39,698 bases of DNA, from positions 1 through 39,698 of the forward strand of contig JBBISH010000057.1 of NCBI GenBank assembly GCA_037441385.1, given 5' to 3'. Made by a program: the position numbers and the translations under genes. The notes beneath the pieces were generated by a model. The model was not told the origin of the DNA, searched no databases, and worked only from the letters and a program-made list of their open reading frames with translations. This stretch comes from Myxococcales bacterium (GTDB taxonomy: Bacteria > Myxococcota_A > UBA9042). This document shows positions 1 through 8,670 of this stretch, one piece after another (the stretch's first letter is position 1; each line of letters begins with the position of its first letter).

Positions 1-1
1 A

Positions 2-1915
2 GCCGTCCTGCAGCTTGCCGCCCAGCACCATCCCGCAGCCGACGCCGTGGCCGATGTGGCATTCGACTCCGTCGCCGATGCGCCCGCCGACCTCGGCAGC
101 GACGCCGCAGCCGATCTCCAGATCGACTCGGCCAGCGACGTCGCCACAGATGCTTCGAATCTGCCATATGATCCAACGATCTACACGCCGGTCGACGATT
201 TTGCCAAGCCCGGCTGGACCCCGCCGGACGGCATCCAAAGCAGTCCATTGATCCCCTGCGACCCGGCTGCGCCCGCGACCCCAGGGGTCTACGTCAACGT
301 CGCGGTGCCGGCAGGCATCGACCTGGAGCGCGAGGCCATCTGGCCGCCCGGTACCCTGTACGATGGGGCCGAGGTACGCGAGGGCGGCGGCCACGCCGTG
401 GGGGATTTCAACGGCGACGGCCGGCTCGACTTCTACTTTGCCGTGGTCACGGGCCCCGACGCGCTCTACCTTGCTCAGCCCGATGGGCCGTGGAAGTTCA
501 AGAAATTCATACATGACAACCCGTCGCCGCACGACATCAGCGCCGTGGCTGCCGACCTGGACAACGACGGGGACCTGGACCTGATCGTGGGGGGCATCGG
601 CCCGCGCCTGTATCGCAACGACGGTCCCAGCCCCTATACCGGCGTCCAATTCGTCGATGTGACCAAGCAAGCGGGCCTAGAGGCGTTCAGCGACATGCCG
701 TACTACGCCAGCGCCGTCGCCGATTTGGACCGCGACGGCACTCTGGACTTGCTGCTCTCGCCGCTGAAGGTCGAGGCGCCAACCCTCTCGGCCGGCGGCT
801 TCAAGTTCTTCATGCCGGTCTTGCTGCGCGGCCTGGGTGGTCTGAACTACTCGGATGTTTCAGGCACTTTGCCTCTTTCGAGTACCGCCCCGGTCTACAT
901 CACCTCACTGGTCGACTTCGACAACGACGGCGACCAGGACCTGTACTTTGGCCGCGACTTTGGCGGCATGGTCGGCCCCAACCAACTGCTGCGCAACGAC
1001 TTGGTAGCCCCAGGAGCGCCGCTGAAATTCAGCAACATTTCGGTGCTGTCCGGGCTGGACATCGCGGGCAACGCCATGGGCATTGCGGTGGGCGACTACG
1101 ACCGCGACGGCCTGGTCGACATGTACGTCTCGGGCTGGCAGGGCGGCGTGCACATGCTCAAGAACACCACACAACCCGGCAAGAAGATTACCTTCATCGA
1201 GACGACGGCGATCACGGGCACCGGCGCCACCGGCCCCAAATACGCCACTTGGGGAGTGCAGTTCGTCGATGTGGACAACGACGGCTGGCTAGACCTCCTC
1301 GTCCCCAACGGCCACTTGACCTTGGCCACCCCCGAAGGCGGCGGGTTTGGTGGTGGTGGCGGCGGTGGCGGTGGCGGAGGAGGAGGCAGCGGCGGAGGCG
1401 GCAGCGGCGGCGGCATGGCCGCGGGCGGTGATCTGCCCGACAACCCTGCGATCCAATACGATTTGCTCTACCGCGCCAAGGGCGACGGCACGTTCGTCGA
1501 CGCGAGCGTTGCCAGCGGCTTCCACAGTCCGGACCAAAGCCGCGCGCTGGCGGTGGCCGACGTGGATCGCGACGGCTTCTCTGACCTGCTGCTGGGTTCC
1601 GTTCAGGGCCAACCCCACCTACTGCGCAACGGCTGCAGCGCCGACCAGGCCTGGCTGCATATCCGCCTGAAGGGGACCGCCAGCAACCGCTACGGCGTGG
1701 GTGCGCGCATCACGGTGCAAGCCGACGGTGTCACGTATGTGCGCGACATCGAAGCCGGTTCGACCAGCGTTTGGTGCAGCAGCGAGCCGGCTGCCCACTT
1801 TGGCTTGGGCAAGGCCAACCAAGCTGCGCTCCTGATGGTCAACTGGCCGTCGGGCAAGGCGCAGGTGTTCAACAACGTGCCCCTGCGACGGCGACTGCTG
1901 ATCACCGAGCCGTAG
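2..1915 (+). CDS. FG-GAP repeat / ASPIC-UnbV (CRTAC1-like) secreted protein, 5' partial
   Basis: Multiple FG-GAP-type Ca-binding repeats (GDFNGDGRLD, ADLDNDGDLDL, DFDNDGDQDLY, GDYDRDGLVD, DVDNDGWLDL) and a C-terminal ASPIC/UnbV-like segment (NRYGVGARI...AHFGLG...WPSG). The frame is open back to the window edge, so the true start is probably upstream. Confidence 0.85.
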   Translation, partial: AVLQLAAQHHPAADAVADVAFDSVADAPADLGSDAAADLQIDSASDVATDASNLPYDPTIYTPVDDFAKPGWTPPDGIQSSPLIPCDPAAPATPGVYVNVAVPAGIDLEREAIWPPGTLYDGAEVREGGGHAVGDFNGDGRLDFYFAVVTGPDALYLAQPDGPWKFKKFIHDNPSPHDISAVAADLDNDGDLDLIVGGIGPRLYRNDGPSPYTGVQFVDVTKQAGLEAFSDMPYYASAVADLDRDGTLDLLLSPLKVEAPTLSAGGFKFFMPVLLRGLGGLNYSDVSGTLPLSSTAPVYITSLVDFDNDGDQDLYFGRDFGGMVGPNQLLRNDLVAPGAPLKFSNISVLSGLDIAGNAMGIAVGDYDRDGLVDMYVSGWQGGVHMLKNTTQPGKKITFIETTAITGTGATGPKYATWGVQFVDVDNDGWLDLLVPNGHLTLATPEGGGFGGGGGGGGGGGGGSGGGGSGGGMAAGGDLPDNPAIQYDLLYRAKGDGTFVDASVASGFHSPDQSRALAVADVDRDGFSDLLLGSVQGQPHLLRNGCSADQAWLHIRLKGTASNRYGVGARITVQADGVTYVRDIEAGSTSVWCSSEPAAHFGLGKANQAALLMVNWPSGKAQVFNNVPLRRRLLITEP

Positions 1916-3014
1916 CGCTTGCCGCCGCCGGCAACGATTTGGTCGCAGGCACGGCGGCCGCCAGCTGCCCGCACGCCGCGGCGATGGCGCTGCCTTTGCA
2001 ACGCCGGAACAATACTCGCAAACCTCGTGCCCGCAGCCGGTCGGCAAACGCCTGGATCGCCGCCTCGCTAGGCGCGTCCAACCCTGGCGTGGGCCCGGCA
2101 TTGGCCGGAATCAGGTTGACTCGCGCCGGCAACCCGTGCAGCCAGTCGGCCAGCAAGTCGGCGTCGGCGGGCTGCTCATTGAACTTGGCGATGAGCACGT
2201 ACGCCACCAGCAGCGTCCGCCCGGCCGGCAGGTGGTCCAAGAGCGTCTGGCGCAGCTCGGCAAGGCCGGCGTGGGCGTTGACCGGCATCAGGATGCGCCG
2301 GCGCGCGTCGTCCGGGGCGTTGAACGATACGGCCAGCTGAGCACGCACCTCGTCGAAAAATCTAGGTAAACGCCACGACACGCCCGAGGTACTCACGGTG
2401 ATGCGCCGCCACGGCACCCCAGCGGCCCAGGGGTGGCTGAGCACCTGCGTCGCCGGCCCCACCGCTCCCAGGTTGTCCAGCGGCTCGCCCATGCCCATAA
2501 AGGCGATGCGCGTCGGCCGCGGCCCGTCGGCCTCCGTCCATTCCCGCAGCGCGGTTCGCCACTGCGCCACGATCTCGCCTGCGCTCAGGCTGCGCACCAA
2601 GCCCATGCGACCGGTCTGACAAAAAGCGCAACGCCGACCACAACCGACTTGGCTCGACACACACACCGTGGCGCGCCGGCCCGTGCTGGAACGATACACC
2701 GCTGTCTCGAACAAGTGGCCGTCGGCCGCCCGCAGCCGCAGCTTCAGGGCCCCATCGTCCGAGCGCAGCGCCGCGTCTACCTGCAATTCCACAGGCGGCG
2801 TGCACAGCTCGGCCAGAAGGGGGCGGGCGCGCTTGGGCAGGCTGGCCAGCAGCTCGGGCCACGGGCGATCCTCGCGGTACAGCCCCTGCAACAGCAAACG
2901 CGTCGCCAGCCGCGCCTGGCCGGGCCGCAGACCCCTTGTGATCAACGACTGTTGCAGGGCCTCGGGCGGCCACGCGTCGGCCGGTTGCGGCAGCAGTGGC
3001 GCGGCCTCGGCCAC
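1902..3014 (-). CDS. rlmN: RlmN-family radical SAM RNA methyltransferase
   Basis: CVSSQVGCGRRCAFC (CxxxCxxC), FMGMGEPLDN, ITVSTSG, VNLIP and C-terminal AACGQL are RlmN/Cfr signatures. GTG start directly abuts the upstream stop. Confidence 0.85.
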   Translation of the reverse strand: MAEAAPLLPQPADAWPPEALQQSLITRGLRPGQARLATRLLLQGLYREDRPWPELLASLPKRARPLLAELCTPPVELQVDAALRSDDGALKLRLRAADGHLFETAVYRSSTGRRATVCVSSQVGCGRRCAFCQTGRMGLVRSLSAGEIVAQWRTALREWTEADGPRPTRIAFMGMGEPLDNLGAVGPATQVLSHPWAAGVPWRRITVSTSGVSWRLPRFFDEVRAQLAVSFNAPDDARRRILMPVNAHAGLAELRQTLLDHLPAGRTLLVAYVLIAKFNEQPADADLLADWLHGLPARVNLIPANAGPTPGLDAPSEAAIQAFADRLRARGLRVLFRRCKGSAIAAACGQLAAAVPATKSLPAAASATAR

Positions 3015-4535
3015 CTACTCGCCGTCCTTTTGCACAAAGTGGTCCAGCGCCCGCGGCGTGGCCCAGCGCTTGAGCAGCGCCTTCTCGAACTCGTCGCCCT
3101 GCAGCCAGCGCTCAAAGAAGAAATCGAACAGGCCCATGTGCTTTTGGCACCAGGTCGAGTCCTGCATCCGCCCGTGCAAGCTGCCTTGCTCGCAGTAGTT
3201 GTGCACCGGGCACACGCCGCAGAACGGCTTGTAAGCGCATAGCGCGCAGTCCGGGTGGCTGTCCAGGGTCGAGGCCAGCGCCATGGCGCGCACGATCTCG
3301 CCGCCCACGGCAGTCGAAAGCGGCGTCTCGCCGGCCTTGCCGATGCAGAAGCAGTCGTCGCCGGACCGGTCGACCATTCGGCCTTCGTCGCAAGTAAACA
3401 GCCGCCCGTCGTGGTTGTAGGCGATCTGGCCGATGCCGGCGCCGCACGGATTGCGCAGATCCAGGAAGTTCGGCTCCCAGTGGCCGATGATCTTGGCGGC
3501 GAACAGCGCGGCGGTGCGCTCGACAAAGTCGATGCCGCGGCGGTTCAGGTCCACCACATGGAAGTACGCTTCCTTGTAGAACTTCAAGAAGTCGGCCATT
3601 TCGTAGCCCAGCCGCTCCTTGGTGGTCGCCGCCCAGCCAAACGGGTCCAGGTGGCGCAAGAAGATGCTGCGGCAGCCCACTTCTACATAGTGATCCAGGA
3701 TCTCCTTGGCGTGCGGCAGCGACAGCCGGGTGATGGTCGGCAGCGCTTCCACCCGGTACTGGCGCGGATCCAGGCCCAAATCGACAAAGCGCTGGTTGAT
3801 CTTGGCCATCCACTTGACCGTGGTGTCGTGCGACGGACCGCCGCGCCACTTGCGCACCTCGTCGTGCAGGAACGCCGGCCCGTCCAGCGACGTGCACATC
3901 TGCACCTTGCGCTCGATCAGGTAGTCCAGCTTCTCGTCGTCCATCAGGCTCAGGTTGCTGACCAGCGAGAACATCAGCGAGCGCCCGGCCAGCGCGTTCT
4001 TCTGCAGCCCGTACTCGATGATGTGCTCGACCACCGGCCAATTCGCCAGCGGTTCGCCGCCCTGGAACTCGATGGTCAGCGCCGGCGACGGGCTCTCGAA
4101 CGCCGTGTCCACGCAGCGCTCGGCCGTGGCGATGTCCATGTCCATGCCCTGAGCGTCCATCGGCGCGCGCGAGGCGTGGCAGTACTGGCAGGTGTGGTTG
4201 CAGCGCAGCGTGACCACAAAGATGTGCAGGTTCGGACCCGAGCGGACAAAGCGCAGGCGCTCGCGCATCTGCTGCGTCACGGTCGCGCGGTCCAGCGTGG
4301 CCGCCACGAATTGGTTTTCCTGCAGCGTAGTCCACAGGGGATCGCCCTCGGGCAGCTTGTCGCTCATCAGACGGCCCAGGTCCGCGCCCGATACAGCGAC
4401 GTGGTGGCCAAAATCATTGGTCAGCAGCCACTGATCGGCCACCTGGCGCAGCCGCACCGGCACCAACCGGGTCTGGGTCGCACGGGCCAGCGCCGACAGG
4501 TTAGAGGGACGGGACGAGTCAGAAGGACGGGACAT
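3015..4535 (-). CDS. hxsB: His-Xaa-Ser system radical SAM/SPASM maturase HxsB
   Basis: LHIFVVTLRCNHTCQYCHAS, IEFQGGEPL, DLRNPCGAGIGQIAYNHDGRLFTCDEGRM and SPASM CALCAYKPFCGVCP match HxsB family motifs, as does the N-terminal LLTNDFG segment. Start is ATG 4535 or GTG 4541. Confidence 0.85.
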   Translation of the reverse strand: MSRPSDSSRPSNLSALARATQTRLVPVRLRQVADQWLLTNDFGHHVAVSGADLGRLMSDKLPEGDPLWTTLQENQFVAATLDRATVTQQMRERLRFVRSGPNLHIFVVTLRCNHTCQYCHASRAPMDAQGMDMDIATAERCVDTAFESPSPALTIEFQGGEPLANWPVVEHIIEYGLQKNALAGRSLMFSLVSNLSLMDDEKLDYLIERKVQMCTSLDGPAFLHDEVRKWRGGPSHDTTVKWMAKINQRFVDLGLDPRQYRVEALPTITRLSLPHAKEILDHYVEVGCRSIFLRHLDPFGWAATTKERLGYEMADFLKFYKEAYFHVVDLNRRGIDFVERTAALFAAKIIGHWEPNFLDLRNPCGAGIGQIAYNHDGRLFTCDEGRMVDRSGDDCFCIGKAGETPLSTAVGGEIVRAMALASTLDSHPDCALCAYKPFCGVCPVHNYCEQGSLHGRMQDSTWCQKHMGLFDFFFERWLQGDEFEKALLKRWATPRALDHFVQKDGE

Positions 4536-4728
4536 GTGCACGCTCGCTTGGGGGAGTTTGCCGCGACGCCGCCGCGGACACCCTCAGAGTGTGCCACAGC
4601 CCTGCGCGGATTCGCGCCGAGTGCCGCGCAATTGCGCGGTTGGCCGTCACGGCTTCGTCAGCCGAAAAAGCACCAGCACCGCCGCGAAGGTTGCGCCGGA
4701 GATCGGTTTGTTGGGGAAAAGGAGAAAG

Positions 4729-4793
4729 CCTGTCGCGCCCGGGGGCAGTCGCTGGGGTGGGCGGGTGGGGCCGACTGGCCCCGGGCGGACAGG
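4729..4793. other. Long GC-rich hairpin with G-quadruplex motif in the loop (possible attenuator or structured RNA)
   Basis: Arms 4729-4751 and 4772-4793 pair over 21 bp (one bulge, one mismatch). The loop holds GGGGTGGGCGGGTGGGG (4754-4770). On the minus strand it is followed by pyrimidine-rich CTTTCTCCTTTT. Confidence 0.5.
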
Positions 4794-4984
4794 ACCGCTG
4801 CGTACCGGTATGTCGCCAGTTGTTCACCGGCACGCGCGTTTGGGGATTCCGGTTGTCGCCAGCGCGGCTCCAACGAGCGGGCTGGTGTGTGGCGCGGCGC
4901 CTGACCGACCACCGCAGCGGGAGTGGGCTGCGTGTGTGCAGTATGTTCAAAACCCGCCAGGCATTGTCACGATATAATCACCAC

Positions 4985-4998
4985 TTGACCTGGGTCAA
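4985..4998. promoter_or_regulatory. TTGAC-N4-GTCAA palindrome (FNR/CRP-family-like operator)
   Basis: TTGACC-TG-GGTCAA inverted repeat in the divergent hxsB/amidase spacer, just downstream of a TATAAT at 4973-4978. Confidence 0.4.
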
Positions 4999-5087
4999 TT
5001 CCAAGTTTGCGCCCACTTGGAGCGCGGCCGGCCGCCGATTCGCAGCCGCCCCTGGCGCGACGGCGACGGCCTGGATAACCTACGGCC

Positions 5088-6560
5088 ATGTCTACGCATG
5101 TCCAGCCCGCTGTCCTGTCGCTCTCGGCCACCGAATTGGCTGCGCGTTTGCGGACGCGCGAACTCCGCTCGGTCGATGTCGTGGGTGCGCACGTTCGCCG
5201 CGCTCAGTCCGTCAACGGCCGCCTGAATGCCCTGGTCGTGAAACGGTTTTCTGACGCGATGGCCGAGGCGGAGCGTGCTGACGCCGAGCTCGATCGGGGA
5301 GCCGACGCAGTGCTGCGGCCCATGCTGGGTGTGCCGTGTACGGTCAAGGAATCATTTGGATTTCAGGGCATGCCCAACGCGGCTGGCCTGGTCTCGCGCG
5401 GCGACTACCGGGCCACGTCGGACTGCGTCACGGTGGCGCGGCTGCGCCAAGCAGGGGCGATTCCGCTGGGCGTGACCAACACGAGCGAGCTGTGCATGTG
5501 GCTCGAGTCGTCCAATCGCCTCTACGGGCGCACCAGCAACCCCTACGATGACCGACACATGGTCGGCGGATCCTCGGGCGGCGAGGGGGCCATCGTGGGC
5601 GCTGGCGCATCGCCGTTCGGCCTGGGCTCCGACATCGGCGGTTCGATTCGCTTGCCTGCGTTTTTCAATGGGATTTTTGGCCACAAGGCCTCGTCTGGGC
5701 TGGTGCCGTCTACGGGCCAATACCCGCCGTGCGACGGCGACGCGCGCAAGATGCTGAGTACGGGACCGCTGTGCCGACGTGCCGAAGACCTGATGCCGTT
5801 GCTGCGGATCTTGGCCGGCCCCGATGGGGTGGACGACACGGTTGTGGGCGCCACGCTTGGTGATCCTGCCCAGGTGTCGTTGGCCGGATTGCGGGTGCGG
5901 GTGGTGCTGCAAGCCGGATTTGGCACGGTAGCGCCCGAGCTGCGGTCGGCCATCCAGCGGGCGGCGCGGGCCTTGGCGGCGGCCGGCGCGCAGGTCGAGC
6001 ACGGCGAAATGCCAGAGCTCAAGCAGAGTTTTGTGCTGTGGTCGCAGAAGCTGGCGGTCGCGTCGCCCCACAGCTTCCATGCGTTGTTGGGGCAGGGCGA
6101 GGGCCCCCCCTTGGGGCGCGAGTTGGTCCGTTGGGCGCTGCGCCGCTCGCCGCACACCCTGCCGGCCTTGGGCCTCGCGCTGCTCGAAAAACTGCCCGGC
6201 ATGGGCACGCCGGATCCCGTGCGTGTGCAGTCCGATTTGGACCGGATCCGCGGCGCCATCGCCCGGGCCATCGAACCCGGTGGCGTGCTGCTTTGTCCCA
6301 CCTTTCCTCGGGTTGCGCCGCGTCACGGGGTGCCGTTGCTGCGGCCGTTCGACTCGGGCTATACCGGCATCTTCAACGCGCTGGAGTTGCCGGCCACGCA
6401 GGTGCCGGCCGGGCTGAGCCGGCAAGGCCTGCCGCTGGGGTTCCAGGTGGTGGGCCTCCACGGCCAAGACCACGTGACCATCGCGGTCGCCATGGCGCTC
6501 GAAAAGGCTCTGGGCGGCTGGGTCCCGCCCTGGCAGTCGGGCCGCGTGCGTGCTGTTTGA
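5088..6560 (+). CDS. Amidase-signature family enzyme (fatty-acid amide hydrolase-like)
   Basis: GVPCTVKE, GGSSGGEGA and GSDIGGSIRLPA (Ser-cisSer-Lys triad motifs). Confidence 0.9.
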   Translation: MSTHVQPAVLSLSATELAARLRTRELRSVDVVGAHVRRAQSVNGRLNALVVKRFSDAMAEAERADAELDRGADAVLRPMLGVPCTVKESFGFQGMPNAAGLVSRGDYRATSDCVTVARLRQAGAIPLGVTNTSELCMWLESSNRLYGRTSNPYDDRHMVGGSSGGEGAIVGAGASPFGLGSDIGGSIRLPAFFNGIFGHKASSGLVPSTGQYPPCDGDARKMLSTGPLCRRAEDLMPLLRILAGPDGVDDTVVGATLGDPAQVSLAGLRVRVVLQAGFGTVAPELRSAIQRAARALAAAGAQVEHGEMPELKQSFVLWSQKLAVASPHSFHALLGQGEGPPLGRELVRWALRRSPHTLPALGLALLEKLPGMGTPDPVRVQSDLDRIRGAIARAIEPGGVLLCPTFPRVAPRHGVPLLRPFDSGYTGIFNALELPATQVPAGLSRQGLPLGFQVVGLHGQDHVTIAVAMALEKALGGWVPPWQSGRVRAV

Positions 6561-6606
6561 TCCACGGGCCGATCCTCTGCGGCGCACAGGTCGCAACCAA
6601 GGAATC

Positions 6607-7083
6607 ATGAAAGACAAACACCTTCGTATCCGCTTGGAGCAGTGTCTGGCGCTGGCCAAGGCTTCGAATTGCCCGCGCCGCAAGTTTGGCGCGCTGCTGC
6701 TAGACCCCGTCCGCAACGTCATCCTGATGGACGGCTACAACGGCGGACCGCGCGGGGGCGGCGACTTGTGTGGCGGCGACACCTGCCTGCGCGAGACCAT
6801 GGGCATCGTCAGCGGCGAGCGGACCGAAATCGGCTGCCATCACGCCGAGATGAATGTGATCTGCAACGCCGCCGCCTCGGGAGTGGCCACGGCCGGCGCT
6901 TGGCTCATCGTCACCGGCGAACCGTGCATGATGTGCGCCAAGCTGCTCCACCACGCCGGGATCGCGCGCGTCATCGTCGTCGACGGTGGCTACGGCGGCG
7001 CCAATGGTTGCGAGTACTTGCAGGGGCATGGCGTCGAGGTCCAAAAGCTGGACGGACCCCGCGATCCCCGCCTGCACACGTAG
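6607..7083 (+). CDS. dCMP deaminase / ComEB-family zinc deaminase
   Basis: SNCPRRKFGA, GYNG, HAEMN and PCMMC zinc motifs. AAGGA RBS before ATG 6607. Confidence 0.88.
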   Translation: MKDKHLRIRLEQCLALAKASNCPRRKFGALLLDPVRNVILMDGYNGGPRGGGDLCGGDTCLRETMGIVSGERTEIGCHHAEMNVICNAAASGVATAGAWLIVTGEPCMMCAKLLHHAGIARVIVVDGGYGGANGCEYLQGHGVEVQKLDGPRDPRLHT

Positions 7084-7095
7084 CGAAAAACCTAT

Positions 7096-7233
7096 TCATA
7101 CGAACCCCGTCTGATTCGCGCCTGTACGGCTTCTCTGACCCGGTCTGCAACCGGCGAGAATCAGGCGGGGACCCCGGTTCGGGCCCGAAGAATTGCCCGA
7201 GTTTTCGATCCGATTCGGACGGAACTGGTATCA
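7096..7233. repeat. 138-bp structured dispersed repeat, copy 1 (MITE/REP-like)
   Basis: Same length and about 91% identical (13 substitutions by manual count) to 12995-13132. Ends TCATAC...GTATCA; internal hairpins. Confidence 0.85.
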
Positions 7234-7326
7234 CAATCAGAGAGCTCGGTCGTGTCGGCGGTTTTCTGGCGCCGCGCCGGTTGACGGATATTCTGCGCAG
7301 GGGAGCCCTTGCTGCCCAGGATCGCC

Positions 7327-8670
7327 ATGTCGACCGCCGACGTCAGTCAACCCGGTAGAACTAAAGCCTTTACTCGCGCCTGGGTCTCTACGACCTATTT
7401 TGCGCAGGGCTTGCCGTTCATGCTGATCAACTTCCTGTTTGCCGCCTACCTCACGGACATCGGCGTCAAGGAAGCCTGGATTGGCTACCTGAACTACTTC
7501 ACCCTGGCGTGGAGCCTGAAATTCTTGTGGGCGCCGGCGGTGGATACGTGGGGCACCAAGCGGCGCTGGCTCATCTTGGTCGAGGCGGCGCTGGTGGTCA
7601 CCTTTGCCGTGCTGACCCTGCTGATGGTCGGCGGGCCGCGCACGGTGCAAGAGGCGGAACACAGTCTGCTTTTGCGCGCGTCGATTTGGACGCTGGCGCT
7701 GGGCGCTGTGCTCGCCGCCACCCACGACATCGCCATCGACGGCTACTACATGGAAGCCATCGCCGATCCTGGCGAGCAAGCGGCGTATACAGGCCTGCGC
7801 AGCCTGGCGTTCCAAGTGGCCAAGCTGTTCGTGCGCAGCGTGCTCCTGGCGCTGGCGGGTTGGGTCGGCTGGCATTGGGGCTTTGGCCTGGGCGCGGTGG
7901 CGCTGGCGGCCGTGTGGTTGTTCCACGCGATGATGCTGCCGCGGGTCGAAGTGGTCCGCAGCCACCGCACACCCGTTCCGGTGGCGTTGCGCGGATTTGG
8001 CAAGGCCTTTCTCTCGTACTTGAAGCAGCCCGGCGTGGGCCTGGTTCTGGCACTCTTGTTGACCTACAAGCTGGGCGATCAGCTCATGTTCGCCTTGAAC
8101 ACCACGTTTGTCATGCGCGAAGTCGGTGTCAGCAAAGCGAATCTTGCCTGGATCGGCGGCATCCTGGGCAGCGCGGCACTGACTGCCGGTTCGCTGCTCG
8201 CGGCCTGGGCCATCCAAAAGTGGGGCTGGCGCAAGACGGTTTGGCCGCTGACCTTGGGGATGAACCTGAACATTTGGCTCTACGTGTGGCTCGCGTGGTC
8301 AGTTGACCAGTGCAAGCTGCCGCTGCCGCTGTCGGGACCGCCGATGGTGGGCGGCCCATCGCTGACCGCCGTGGCCGCGGTGTACTGCGTGGAGCAATTC
8401 GCAGGTGGGTTGGGCGCTTCCGCGCTCATCGTGTTCTCATTGCGCACCTGCAGTTCGGACTTCAAGGCGGCGCACTACGCCATCGCCACGGCCTTGGCGA
8501 GCTTGGGCGGCGCGGCACTGGGCGGGCACGCCGGCGAGATCGTCGCCCAGGTCGGCTATACCAAGCTTTTCTTGATGTCGTTTGGCGTGGCCGTGCCGGC
8601 GATGCTGATCCTGCCGTTTGCGCTGCGTTTGCCGCAGTTGCAGGACCCGGTCTCGGCTCAGAACTCGTAG
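7327..8670 (+). CDS. ampG: AmpG-family MFS muropeptide permease
   Basis: YFAQGLP, WSLKFLWAPAVD, ATHDIAIDG and YKLGD motifs, with about 12 hydrophobic segments. Confidence 0.85.
   Translation: MSTADVSQPGRTKAFTRAWVSTTYFAQGLPFMLINFLFAAYLTDIGVKEAWIGYLNYFTLAWSLKFLWAPAVDTWGTKRRWLILVEAALVVTFAVLTLLMVGGPRTVQEAEHSLLLRASIWTLALGAVLAATHDIAIDGYYMEAIADPGEQAAYTGLRSLAFQVAKLFVRSVLLALAGWVGWHWGFGLGAVALAAVWLFHAMMLPRVEVVRSHRTPVPVALRGFGKAFLSYLKQPGVGLVLALLLTYKLGDQLMFALNTTFVMREVGVSKANLAWIGGILGSAALTAGSLLAAWAIQKWGWRKTVWPLTLGMNLNIWLYVWLAWSVDQCKLPLPLSGPPMVGGPSLTAVAAVYCVEQFAGGLGASALIVFSLRTCSSDFKAAHYAIATALASLGGAALGGHAGEIVAQVGYTKLFLMSFGVAVPAMLILPFALRLPQLQDPVSAQNS

Noticed and set aside
4935..4951. Second LexA box upstream of hxsB
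   Set aside because: Only the GTTCA half matches; the left half does not fit.
4519..5254. ORFs in the hxsB-amidase spacer as an Hxs precursor
   Set aside because: None contains His-Xaa-Ser repeats; they are Arg/Pro/Ala-rich shadow-type translations without a clear RBS.
7160..7195. tRNA-like GGTTCG within the 138-bp repeat
   Set aside because: No cloverleaf, acceptor stem or anticodon arm can be built.
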